Shown one piece after another: positions 12,677 through 25,600 of a stretch of 64,000 nucleotides of DNA. Each line of letters begins with the position of its first letter. Position 1 is the stretch's first letter. Source of the stretch: Balanoglossus misakiensis (taxonomy: Eukaryota > Animalia > Hemichordata); the NCBI GenBank assembly GCA_040954595.2, contig CM082595.2:8476317-8540316 (forward strand), in the 5' to 3' direction. The notes beneath the pieces were generated by a model. The model saw only the letters and a list, made by a program, of their open reading frames with translations, did no database searches and was not told where the DNA came from. Made by a program: the position numbers and the translations under genes.

Positions 12677-13699
12677 AGCCGCGTCACCGCATCAATTTTG
12701 AGATTTTGCTTGGACGCTAAACAAAACTCTTTTTTTTTTTGGCCTTATGTCAACCTCACATCGACCTGTAAGTGTTAAGTTGATATCATGGATGTTTTAT
12801 TTTTTATGAATTTTTTAGTATTTTTATTAAATTTATACCTTTACTTATACCTCTATGGTTAAGCTATGTCCACGTCTTATTTTGGAATTCTGGTCTGTGC
12901 AATAGTCCTGTACAGTGACTGTCTATTGGTCAGTGAGCACAATGGGGCCAAAATAAAAGGCAAATTTTTGGGCTCACCTGTAACACCTGCTTAACACATT
13001 AATTATGTGCATACCTAATTCCGGGCTAACTAACAGGGCTAGAGGTTTCGTTCTAGTGGGACATGGACCAGTATAGGGTCAAAATTTCTTGCCAAAATTT
13101 TCGGTGACCTCAGGTTACCTTTGACCTACTTTCCAATATCTCGGCATCCAGAGCAGGTACAGACTTGGCGTTTGGAGGGTTGGGACTAAAATTGAAAAGC
13201 CAAAATTGGGGGTCACCTGTGACACCTGCATATCTCATTAATTATGTGCATACCTAATTCCAGGCTAACCAATAAGGCTATAGGTTTGGTTTTTGTTGAA
13301 CATGGACCAGTAAAGGATCAAAATTTCTTGCCCAAATTTTGCATGACCTCAGGTGACCTTTGACCTACTTTATCATATCTTGGCATCCAGAGCAGGTACA
13401 GACTTGGCGTTTGGAGGGTTGGGACTAAAATTGAAAAGCCAAAATTGGGGGTCACCTGTGACACCTGCATATCTCATTAATTATGTGCATACCTAATTCC
13501 AGGCTAACCAATAAGGCTATAGGTTTGGTTTTTGTTGAACATGGACCAGTAAAGGGTCAAAATTTCTTGCCCAAATTTTGCATGACCTCAGGTGACCTTT
13601 GACCTACTTTTCCATATCTTGGCATCCATAGCAGATATGCTTATTGCTATGTTGCTATGTGCTATGTCCTTAAATGGGACCACAGTGTCCTTGACGCTA
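11134..13699 (+). mobile_element. HINE family C copy containing a Harbinger MITE
   Basis: 5' hairpin AGGTCCCATTGGTATA..TATACCATGGGACCT, (GTAT/GGAT)n, 239-bp internal repeats, 3' ATGGGACCACAGTGTCCTTGACGCTA, T-run target. Confidence 0.85.
11452..12744. mobile_element. PIF/Harbinger-type MITE
   Basis: TIR GGCCAAAAAAAAAAAGAGTTTTGTTTAGCGTCC at both ends; TTA TSD at 11449-51 and 12745-47; empty site CCTTATGTC in sibling HINE-C copies. Confidence 0.9.
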
Positions 13700-16600
13700 T
13701 TTTTTTAATTTTTGGATGATTTTCAAGAGCTCAAACCCATGATTTTTTTCCCAATAATGTGAAGAGATGTTGAACTTTCGCAAAGTCTAAAAGTAGTCAT
13801 TTTTGGACGATTTTCAGGACCTATAACCCATTATTTTCTTCAAAAAATGAAGAAATTTTGAACTTTCGCAAAGACGAAAAATTGTCATTTTTGGATGATT
13901 TTCATGAGCTATAACGCATGATTTTTTTCTTCAAAAATGTGAAAAAATGTTGAACGTTCGCAATGTTGAAAAATTGTCATTTTGGGATGATGTTCATGGG
14001 CTATAACCCTTGATTTTTTTTCTTCAAAAATGTGAAGAAATTTTGAACTTTCGCAAAGATGAAAAATTGTCATTTTTGGATGATTTTCATGATCTATAAC
14101 GCATGATTTTTTCCTTAAAAAATGTGAAGAAATTTTGAACTTTCGCAATGTGGAAAAATTGTCATTTTTGGATGATTTTCATGATCTATAACCCATGATT
14201 TTTTTCTTCAAAACTGTGAAGAAATTTTGAACTTTCGCATAATCGAAAAATACTCTTTTTTGGGTGATTTTCATGAGCTGTTACTCATGATTTTTTCAAA
14301 AATGAAGAAATTTTGAACTTTCGCAAAGACGAAAAATTGTCATTTTGTGGATGATTTTCATGAGCTATAACGCATGATTTTTTTCTTCAAAAATGTAAAG
14401 AAAATTTGAACTTTCGCAATATGAAAAAATTTTCATTTATTGATGATTTGCATTAGCTATAACCCATGATTTTCTTCAAAAATTTGAAGAAAATTTGATA
14501 ATTCGCAATGTGGAAAAATTGTCATTTATGGATGATTTTCATTAGCTATAACCCATGATTTTTTTCAAAAAAGGGAAGAAATTTTGAACTTTCGCAAAGT
14601 CGAACATTTTTCATTTTCGGACGATTTTCATTAGCTGTAACTCATGATTTTTTTCAAAAAATTAAGAAATTTTGAAATTTCGCAAAGTTGAAAAATTGTA
14701 TTTTTGAGATGATTTTCATAAGCTATAACGCATGATTTTTTTCAAAAATGTGAAGAAATTTTGAAATTTCGCAGAGTCGAAAAATTGTCATTTTTGGACG
14801 ATTTTCATGAGCTGTAACTCATGATTTTTTTCAAAAAATGAAGAAATTTTGAACTTTCGCAATGTGGAAAAATTGTATTTTTTAGGTCCCATTGGTATAG
14901 GCCTATATACCATGGGACCTTATGGGATGGGTTGCGTCTGTGTGTATGTATGGATGGATGGATGGATGTATGTATGGATGTATGTCTGTATGTCCGTCCA
15001 CATCAAAAACATCAGAAATTTCGCATAGTCGAATTTTTTTTTATTTTAGGTGATATTAATGACCCATGATTTTTTAAAAAAAGTGAAGAAATGTTGAAAT
15101 TTCGCAAAGTCGAAAAATTGTCATTTTTGCATAATGTTCATGAACTATAACCCATGATTTTTTTCTTTTGAAATTTCGCAAAGTAACTCATGATTTTTTC
15201 AAAAAATGAAGAAATTTTGAACTTTCGCAAAGACGAAAAATTGTCATTTTTAAATGATTTTCATGAGCTATAACGCATGATTTTTTTCTTCAAAAATGTG
15301 AAAAACGATTGAACTTTCGCAAAGTCGAAAAATACACATTTTTGGACAATTTTCATGAGCTGTAGCCCAAGAAATTTCGAACTTTCGCAAAGTCGATTTT
15401 TTAGGTCCCATTGGTATAGGCCTATATACCATGGGACCTTATGGGATGGGTTGCGTCTGTGTGTATGTATGGATGGATGGATGTATGTATGGATGTATGT
15501 CTGTATGTCCGTCCACATCAAAAACTTAAAAACCGCTGCGCGTATCACCTCAATATGTGGTGTGTAGGTGCAGGCAGGGCTGTAGATGGGAGTTTGTCCA
15601 AACGAAGTTGCCAGGCCCAAAAATATGCAAATTAGCTGGAAAAATGTGAAATTTATCAAAACTCTGTAAGTCAACAACTACTCGTCAGATTGCTTTAAAA
15701 ATTGGTATGCATGTACCTTATGTCAACCTCACATCGACCTGTAAGTGTTAAGTTGATATCATTGATGTTTTATTTTTTATGAATTTTTTAGTATTTTTAT
15801 TAAATTTATACCTTTACTTATACCTCTATGGTTAAGCTATGTCCACGTCTTATTTTGGAATTCTGGTCTGTGCAATAGTCCTGTACAGTGACTGTCTATT
15901 GGTCAGTGAGCACAATGGGGTCAAAATAAAAGGCAAATTTTTGGGCTCACCTGTAACACCTGCTTAACACATTAATTATGTGCATACCTAATTCCGGGCT
16001 AACTAACAGGGCTAGAGGTTTCGTTCTAGTGGGACATGGACCAGTATAGGGTCAAAATTTCTTGCCAAAATTTTGGGTGACCTCAGGTGACCTTTGACCT
16101 ACTTTCCAATATCTCGGCATCCAGAGCAGGTACAGACTTGGCGTTTGGAGGGTTGGGACTAAAATTGAAAAGCCAAAAATGGGGGTCACCTGTGACACCT
16201 GCATATCTCATTAATTATGTGCATACCTAATTCCAGGCTAACCAATAAGGCTATAGGTTTGGTTTTTGTTGAACATGGACCAGTAAAGGGTCAAAATTTC
16301 TTGCCCAAATTTTGCATGACCTCAGGTGACCTTTGACCTACTTTTCCATATCTTGGCATCCATAGCAGATATGCTTATTGCTATGTTGCTATGTGCTATG
16401 TCCTTAAATGGGACCACAGTGTCCTTGACGCTATTTTTTTTAATTTTTGGATGATTTTCAAGAGCTCAAACCCATGATTTTTTTCCCAATAATGTGAAGA
16501 GATGTTGAACTTTCGCAAAGTCTAAAAGTAGTCATTTTTGGACGATTTTCAGGACCTATAACCCATTATTTTCTTCAAAAAATGAAGAAATTTTGAACTT

Positions 16601-19600
16601 TCGCAAAGACGAAAAATTGTCATTTTTGGATGATTTTCATGAGCTATAACGCATGATTTTTTTCTTCAAAAATGTGAAAAAATGTTGAACGTTCGCAATG
16701 TTGAAAAATTGTCATTTTGGGATGATGTTCATGGGCTATAACCCTTGATTTTTTTTCTTCAAAAATGTGAAGAAATTTTGAACTTTCGCAAAGATGAAAA
16801 ATTGTCATTTTTGGATGATTTTCATGATCTATAACGCATGATTTTTTCCTTAAAAAATGTGAAGAAATTTTGAACTTTCGCAATGTGGAAAAATTGTCAT
16901 TTTTGGATGATTTTCATGATCTATAACCCATGATTTTTTTCTTCAAAACTGTGAAGAAATTTTGAACTTTCGCATAATCGAAAAATACTCTTTTTTGGGT
17001 GATTTTCATGAGCTGTTACTCATGATTTTTTCAAAAATGAAGAAATTTTGAACTTTCGCAAAGACGAAAAATTGTCATTTTCTGGATGATTTTCATGAGC
17101 TATAACGCATGATTTTTTTCTTCAAAAATGTAAAGAAAATTTGAACTTTCGCAATATGAAAAAAAATTCATTTATTGATGATTTGCATTAGCTATAACCC
17201 ATTATTTTCTTCAAAAATTTGAAGAAAATTTGATAATTCGCAATGTGGAAAAATTGTCATTTATGGATGATTTTCATTAGCTATAACCCATGATTTTTTT
17301 CAAAAAAGGGAAGAAATTTTGAACTTTCGCAAAGTCGAACATTTTTCATTTTCGGACGATTTTCATTAGCTGTAACTCATGATTTTTTTCAAAAAATTAA
17401 GAATTTTTGAAATTTCTTAAAGTTGAAAAATTGTATTTTTAAGATGATTTTCATAAGCTATAACGCATGATTTTTTTCAAAAATGTGAAGAAATTTTGAA
17501 ATTTCGCAGAGTCGAAAAATTGTCATTTTTGGACGATTTTCATGAGCTGTAACTCATGATTTTTTTCAAAAAATGAAGAAATTTTGAACTTTCGCAATGT
17601 GGAAAAATTGTATTTTTTAGGTCCCATTGGTATAGGCCTATATACCATGTGACCTTATGGGATGGGTTGCGTCTGTGTGTATGTATGGATGGATGGATGG
17701 ATGTATGTATGGATGTATGTCTGTATGTCCGTCCACATCAAAAACATCAGAAATTTCGCATAGTCGAATTTTTTTTATTTTAGGTGATATTAATGACCCA
17801 TGATTTTTTCAAAAAAGTGAAGAAATGTTGAAATTTCGCAAAGTCGAAAAATTGTCATTTTTGCATAATGTTCATGAGCTATAACCCATGATTTTTTTCT
17901 TTTGAAATTTCGCAAAGTAACTCATGATTTTTTCAAAAAATGAAGAAATTTTGAACTTTCGCAAAGACGAAAAATTGTCATTTTTAAATGATTTTCATGA
18001 GCTATAACGCATGATTTTTTTCTTCAAAAATGTGAAAAACGATTGAACTTTCGCAAAGTCGAAAAATACACATTTTTGGACAATTTTCATGAGCTGTAGC
18101 CCAAGAAATTTCGAACTTTCGCAAAGTCGATTTTTTAGGTCCCATTGGTATAGGCCTATATACCATGGGACCTTATGGGATGGGTTGCGTCTGTGTGTAT
18201 GTATGGATGGATGGATGTATGTATGGATGTATGTCTGTATGTCCGTCCACATCAAAAACTTAAAAACCGCTGCGCGTATCACCTCAATATGTGGTGTGTA
18301 GGTGCAGGCAGGGCTGTAGATGGGAGTTTGTCCAAACGAAGTTGCCAGGCCCAAAAATATGCAAATTAGCTGGAAAAATGTGAAATTTATCAAAACTCTG
18401 TAAGTCAACAACTACTCGTCAGATTGCTTTAAAAATTGGTATGCATGTACCTTATGTCAACCTCACATCGACCTGTAAGTGTTAAGTTGATATCATGGAT
18501 GTTTTATTTTTTATGAATTTTTTAGTATTTTTATTAAATTTATACCTTTACTTATACCTGTATGGTTAAGCTATGTCCACGTCTTATTTTGGAATTCTGG
18601 TCTGTGCAATAGTCCTGTACAGTGACTGTCTATTGGTCAGTGAGCACAATGGGGTCAAAATAAAAGGCAAATTTTTGGGCTCACCTGTAACACCTGCTTA
18701 ACACATTAATTATGTGCATACCTAATTCCGGGCTAACTAACAGGGCTAGAGGTTTCGTTCTAGTGGGACATGGACCAGTATAGGGTCAAAATTTCTTGCC
18801 AAAATTTTGGGTGACCTCAGGTGACCTTTGACCTACTTTCCAATATCTCGGCATCCAGAGCAGGTACAGACTTGGCGTTTGGAGGGTTGGGACTAAAATT
18901 GAAAAGCCAAAATTGGGGGTCACCTGTGACACCTGCATATCTCATTAATTATGTGCATACCTAATTCCAGGCTAACCAATAAGGCTATAGGTTTGGTTTT
19001 TGTTGAACATGGACCAGTAAAGGATCAAAATTTCTTGCCCAAATTTTGCATGACCTCAGGTGACCTTTGACCTACTTTATCATATCTTGGCATCCAGAGC
19101 AGGTACAGACTTGGCGTTTGGAGGGTTGGGACTAAAATTGAAAAGCCAAAATTGGGGGTCACCTGTGACACCTGCATATCTCATTAATTATGTGCATACC
19201 TAATTCCAGGCTAACCAATAAGGCTATAGGTTTGGTTTTTGTTGAACATGGACCAGTAAAGGGTCAAAATTTCTTGCCCAAATTTTGCATGACCTCAGGT
19301 GACCTTTGACCTACTTTTCCATATCTTGGCATCCATAGCAGATATGCTTATTGCTATGTTGCTATGTGCTATGTCCTTAAATGGGACCACAGTGTCCTTG
19401 ACGCTATTTTTTTAATTTTTGGATGATTTTCAAGAGCTCAAACCCATGATTTTTTTCCCAATAATGTGAAGAGATGTTGAACTTTCGCAAAGTCTAAAAG
19501 TAGTCATTTTTGGACGATTTTCAGGACCTATAACCCATTATTTTCTTCAAAAAATGAAGAAATTTTGAACTTTCGCAAAGACGAAAAATTGTCATTTTTG

Positions 19601-22600
19601 GATGATTTTCATGAGCTATAACGCATGATTTTTTTCTTCAAAAATGTGAAAAAATGTTGAACGTTCGCAATGTTGAAAAATTGTCATTTTGGGATGATGT
19701 TCATGGGCTATAACCCTTGATTTTTTTTCTTCAAAAATGTGAAGAAATTTTGAACTTTCGCAAAGATGAAAAATTGTCATTTTTGGATGATTTTCATGAT
19801 CTATAACGCATGATTTTTTCCTTAAAAAATGTGAAGAAATTTTGAACTTTCGCAATGTGGAAAAATTGTCATTTTTGGATGATTTTCATGATCTATAACC
19901 CATGATTTTTTTCTTCAAAACTGTGAAGAAATTTTGAACTTTCGCATAATCGAAAAATACTCTTTTTTGGGTGATTTTCATGAGCTGTTACTCATGATTT
20001 TTTCAAAAATGAAGAAATTTTGAACTTTCGCAAAGACGAAAAATTGTCATTTTGTGGATGATTTTCATGAGCTATAACGCATGATTTTTTTCTTCAAAAA
20101 TGTAAAGAAAATTTGAACTTTCGCAATATGAAAAAATTTTCATTTATTGATGATTTGCATTAGCTATAACCCATGATTTTCTTCAAAAATTTGAAGAAAA
20201 TTTGATAATTCGCAATGTGGAAAAATTGTCATTTATGGATGATTTTCATTAGCTATAACCCATGATTTTTTTCAAAAAAGGGAAGAAATTTTGAACTTTC
20301 GCAAAGTCGAACATTTTTCATTTTCGGACGATTTTCATTAGCTGTAACTCATGATTTTTTTCAAAAAATTAAGAAATTTTGAAATTTCGCAAAGTTGAAA
20401 AATTGTATTTTTGAGATGATTTTCATAAGCTATAACGCATGATTTTTTTCAAAAATGTGAAGAAATTTTGAAATTTCGCAGAGTCGAAAAATTGTCATTT
20501 TTGGACGATTTTCATGAGCTGTAACTCATGATTTTTTTCAAAAAATGAAGAAATTTTGAACTTTCGCAATGTGGAAAAATTGTATTTTTTAGGTCCCATT
20601 GGTATAGGCCTATATACCATGGGACCTTATGGGATGGGTTGCGTCTGTGTGTATGTATGGATGGATGGATGGATGTATGTATGGATGTATGTCTGTATGT
20701 CCGTCCACATCAAAAACATCAGAAATTTCGCATAGTCGAATTTTTTTTTATTTTAGGTGCTATTAATGACCCATGATTTTTTCAAAAAAGTGAAGAAATG
20801 TTGAAATTTCGCAAAGTCGAAAAATTGTCATTTTTGCATAATGTTCATGAGCTATAACCCATGATTTTTTTCTTTTGAAATTTCGCAAAGTAACTCATGA
20901 TTTTTTCAAAAAATGAAGAAATTTTGAACTTTCGCAAAGACGAAAAATTGTCATTTTTAAATGATTTTCATGAGCTATAACGCATGATTTTTTTCTTCAA
21001 AAATGTGAAAAACGATTGAACTTTCGCAAAGTCGAAAAATACACATTTTTGGACAATTTTCATGAGCTGTAGCCCAAGAAATTTCGAACTTTCGCAAAGT
21101 CGATTTTTTAGGTCCCATTGGTATAGGCCTATATACCATGGGACCTTATGGGATGGGTTGCGTCTGTGTGTATGTATGGATGGATGGATGTATGTATGGA
21201 TGTATGTCTGTATGTCCGTCCACATCAAAAACTTAAAAACCGCTGCGCGTATCACCTCAATATGTGGTGTGTAGGTGCAGGCAGGGCTGTAGATGGGAGT
21301 TTGTCCAAACGAAGTTGCCAGGCCCAAAAATATGCAAATTAGCTGGAAAAATGTGAAATTTATCAAAACTCTGTAAGTCAACAACTACTCGTCAGATTGC
21401 TTTAAAAATTGGTATGCATGTACCTTATGTCAACCTCACATCGACCTGTAAGTGTTAAGTTGATATCATTGATGTTTTATTTTTTATGAATTTTTTAGTA
21501 TTTTTATTAAATTTATACCTTTACTTATACCTCTATGGTTAAGCTATGTCCACGTCTTATTTTGGAATTCTGGTCTGTGCAATAGTCCTGTACAGTGACT
21601 GTCTATTGGTCAGTGAGCACAATGGGGTCAAAATAAAAGGCAAATTTTTGGGCTCACCTGTAACACCTGCTTAACACATTAATTATGTGCATACCTAATT
21701 CCGGGCTAACTAACAGGGCTAGAGGTTTCGTTCTAGTGGGACATGGACCAGTATAGGGTCAAAATTTCTTGCCAAAATTTTGGGTGACCTCAGGTGACCT
21801 TTGACCTACTTTCCAATATCTCGGCATCCAGAGCAGGTACAGACTTGGCGTTTGGAGGGTTGGGACTAAAATTGAAAAGCCAAAATTGGGGGTCACCTGT
21901 GACACCTGCATATCTCATTAATTATGTGCATACCTAATTCCAGGCTAACCAATAAGGCTATAGGTTTGGTTTTTGTTGAACATGGACCAGTAAAGGGTCA
22001 AAATTTCTTGCCCAAATTTTGCATGACCTCAGGTGACCTTTGACCTACTTTTCCATATCTTGGCATCCATAGCAGATATGCTTATTGCTATGTTGCTATG
22101 TGCTATGTCCTTAAATGGGACCACAGTGTCCTTGACGCTATTTTTTTTAATTTTTGGATGATTTTCAAGAGCTCAAACCCATGATTTTTTTCCCAATAAT
22201 GTGAAGAGATGTTGAACTTTCGCAAAGTCTAAAAGTAGTCATTTTTGGACGATTTTCAGGACCTATAACCCATTATTTTCTTCAAAAAATGAAGAAATTT
22301 TGAACTTTCGCAAAGACGAAAAATTGTCATTTTTGGATGATTTTCATGAGCTATAACGCATGATTTTTTTCTTCAAAAATGTGAAAAAATGTTGAACGTT
22401 CGCAATGTTGAAAAATTGTCATTTTGGGATGATGTTCATGGGCTATAACCCTTGATTTTTTTTCTTCAAAAATGTGAAGAAATTTTGAACTTTCGCAAAG
22501 ATGAAAAATTGTCATTTTTGGATGATTTTCATGATCTATAACGCATGATTTTTTCCTTAAAAAATGTGAAGAAATTTTGAACTTTCGCAATGTGGAAAAA

Positions 22601-25600
22601 TTTTCATTTTTGGATGATTTTCATGATCTATAACCCATGATTTTTTTCTTCAAAACTGTGAAGAAATTTTGAACTTTCGCATAATCGAAAAATACTCTTT
22701 TTTGGGTGATTTTCATGAGCTGTTACTCATGATTTTTTCAAAAATGAAGAAATTTTGAACTTTCGCAAAGACGAAAAATTGTCATTTTCTGGATGATTTT
22801 CATGAGCTATAACGCATGATTTTTTTCTTCAAAAATGTAAAGAAAATTTGAACTTTCGCAATATGAAAAAAAATTCATTTATTGATGATTTGCATTAGCT
22901 ATAACCCATTATTTTCTTCAAAAATTTGAAGAAAATTTGATAATTCGCAATGTGGAAAAATTGTCATTTATGGATGATTTTCATTAGCTATAACCCATGA
23001 TTTTTTTCAAAAAAGGGAAGAAATTTTGAACTTTCGCAAAGTCGAACATTTTTCATTTTCGGACGATTTTCATTAGCTGTAACTCATGATTTTTTTCAAA
23101 AAATTAAGAATTTTTGAAATTTCTTAAAGTTGAAAAATTGTATTTTTAAGATGATTTTCATAAGCTATTACGCATGATTTTTTTCAAAAATGTGAAGAAA
23201 TTTTGAAATTTCGCAGAGTCGAAAAATTGTCATTTTTGGACGATTTTCATGAGCTGTAACTCATGATTTTTTTCAAAAAATGAAGAAATTTTGAACTTTC
23301 GCAATGTGGAAAAATTGTATTTTTTAGGTCCCATTGGTATAGGCCTATATACCATGTGACCTTATGGGATGGGTTGCGTCTGTGTGTATGTATGGATGGA
23401 TGGATGGATGTATGTATGGATGTATGTCTGTATGTCCGTCCACATCAAAAACATCAGAAATTTCGCATAGTCGAATTTTTTTTTATTTTAGGTGATATTA
23501 ATGACCCATGATTTTTTCAAAAAAGTGAAGAAATGTTGAAATTTCGCAAAGTCGAAAAATTGTCATTTTTGCATAATGTTCATGAGCTATAACCCATGAT
23601 TTTTTTCTTTTGAAATTTCGCAAAGTAACTCATGATTTTTTCAAAAAATGAAGAAATTTTGAACTTTCGCAAAGACGAAAAATTGTCATTTTTAAATGAT
23701 TTTCATGAGCTATAACGCATGATTTTTTTCTTCAAAAATGTGAAAAACGATTGAACTTTCGCAAAGTCGAAAAATACACATTTTTGGACAATTTTCATGA
23801 GCTGTAGCCCAAGAAATTTCGAACTTTCGCAAAGTCGATTTTTTAGGTCCCATTGGTATAGGCCTATATACCATGGGACCTTATGGGATGGGTTGCGTCT
23901 GTGTGTATGTATGGATGGATGGATGTATGTATGGATGTATGTCTGTATGTCCGTCCACATCAAAAACTTAAAAACCGCTGCGCGTATCACCTCAATATGT
24001 GGTGTGTAGGTGCAGGCAGGGCTGTAGATGGGAGTTTGTCCAAACGAAGTTGCCAGGCCCAAAAATATGCAAATTAGCTGGAAAAATGTGAAATTTATCA
24101 AAACTCTGTAAGTCAACAACTACTCGTCAGATTGCTTTAAAAATTGGTATGCATGTACCTTATGTCAACCTCACATCGACCTGTAAGTGTTAAGTTGATA
24201 TCATGGATGTTTTATTTTTTATGAATTTTTTAGTATTTTTATTAAATTTATACCTTTACTTATACCTGTATGGTTAAGCTATGTCCACGTCTTATTTTGG
24301 AATTCTGGTCTGTGCAATAGTCCTGTACAGTGACTGTCTATTGGTCAGTGAGCACAATGGGGTCAAAATAAAAGGCAAATTTTTGGGCTCACCTGTAACA
24401 CCTGCTTAACACATTAATTATGTGCATACCTAATTCCGGGCTAACTAACAGGGCTAGAGGTTTCGTTCTAGTGGGACATGGACCAGTATAGGGTCAAAAT
24501 TTCTTGCCAAAATTTTGGGTGACCTCAGGTGACCTTTGACCTACTTTCCAATATCTCGGCATCCAGAGCAGGTACAGACTTGGCGTTTGGAGGGTTGGGA
24601 CTAAAATTGAAAAGCCAAAATTGGGGGTCACCTGTGACACCTGCATATCTCATTAATTATGTGCATACCTAATTCCAGGCTAACCAATAAGGCTATAGGT
24701 TTGGTTTTTGTTGAACATGGACCAGTAAAGGATCAAAATTTCTTGCCCAAATTTTGCATGACCTCAGGTGACCTTTGACCTACTTTATCATATCTTGGCA
24801 TCCAGAGCAGGTACAGACTTGGCGTTTGGAGGGTTGGGACTAAAATTGAAAAGCCAAAATTGGGGGTCACCTGTGACACCTGCATATCTCATTAATTATG
24901 TGCATACCTAATTCCAGGCTAACCAATAAGGCTATAGGTTTGGTTTTTGTTGAACATGGACCAGTAAAGGGTCAAAATTTCTTGCCCAAATTTTGCATGA
25001 CCTCAGGTGACCTTTGACCTACTTTTCCATATCTTGGCATCCATAGCAGATATGCTTATTGCTATGTTGCTATGTGCTATGTCCTTAAATGGGACCACAT
25101 TGTCCTTGACGCTATTTTTTTAATTTTTGGATGATTTTCAAGAGCTCAAACCCATGATTTTTTTCCCAATAATGTGAAGAGATGTTGAACTTTCGCAAAG
25201 TCTAAAAGTAGTCATTTTTGGACGATTTTCAGGACCTATAACCCATTATTTTCTTCAAAAATGAAGAAATTTTGAACTTTCGCAAAGACGAAAAATTGTC
25301 ATTTTTGGATGATTTTCATGAGCTATAACGCATGATTTTTTTCTTCAAAAATGTGAAAAAATGTTGAACTTTCGCAATGTGGAAAAATTGTCATTTTGGG
25401 ATGATGTTCATGGGCTATAACCCTTGATTTTTTTTCTTCAAAAATGTGAAGAAATTTTGAACTTTCGCAAAGATGAAAAATTGTCATTTTTGGATGATTT
25501 TCATGATCTATAACGCATGATTTTTTCCTTAAAAAATGTGAAGAAATTTTGAACTTTCGCAATGTGGAAAAATTGTCATTTTTGGATGATTTTCATGATC

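Noticed and set aside
13681-13687. RSS heptamer CACAGTG in HINE-C 3' ends, near RAG1-like genes
   Set aside because: It lies within the HINE 3' hairpin (GGAC-CACAGT-GTCC), with no ACAAAAACC nonamer at 12 or 23 bp; most likely coincidental.
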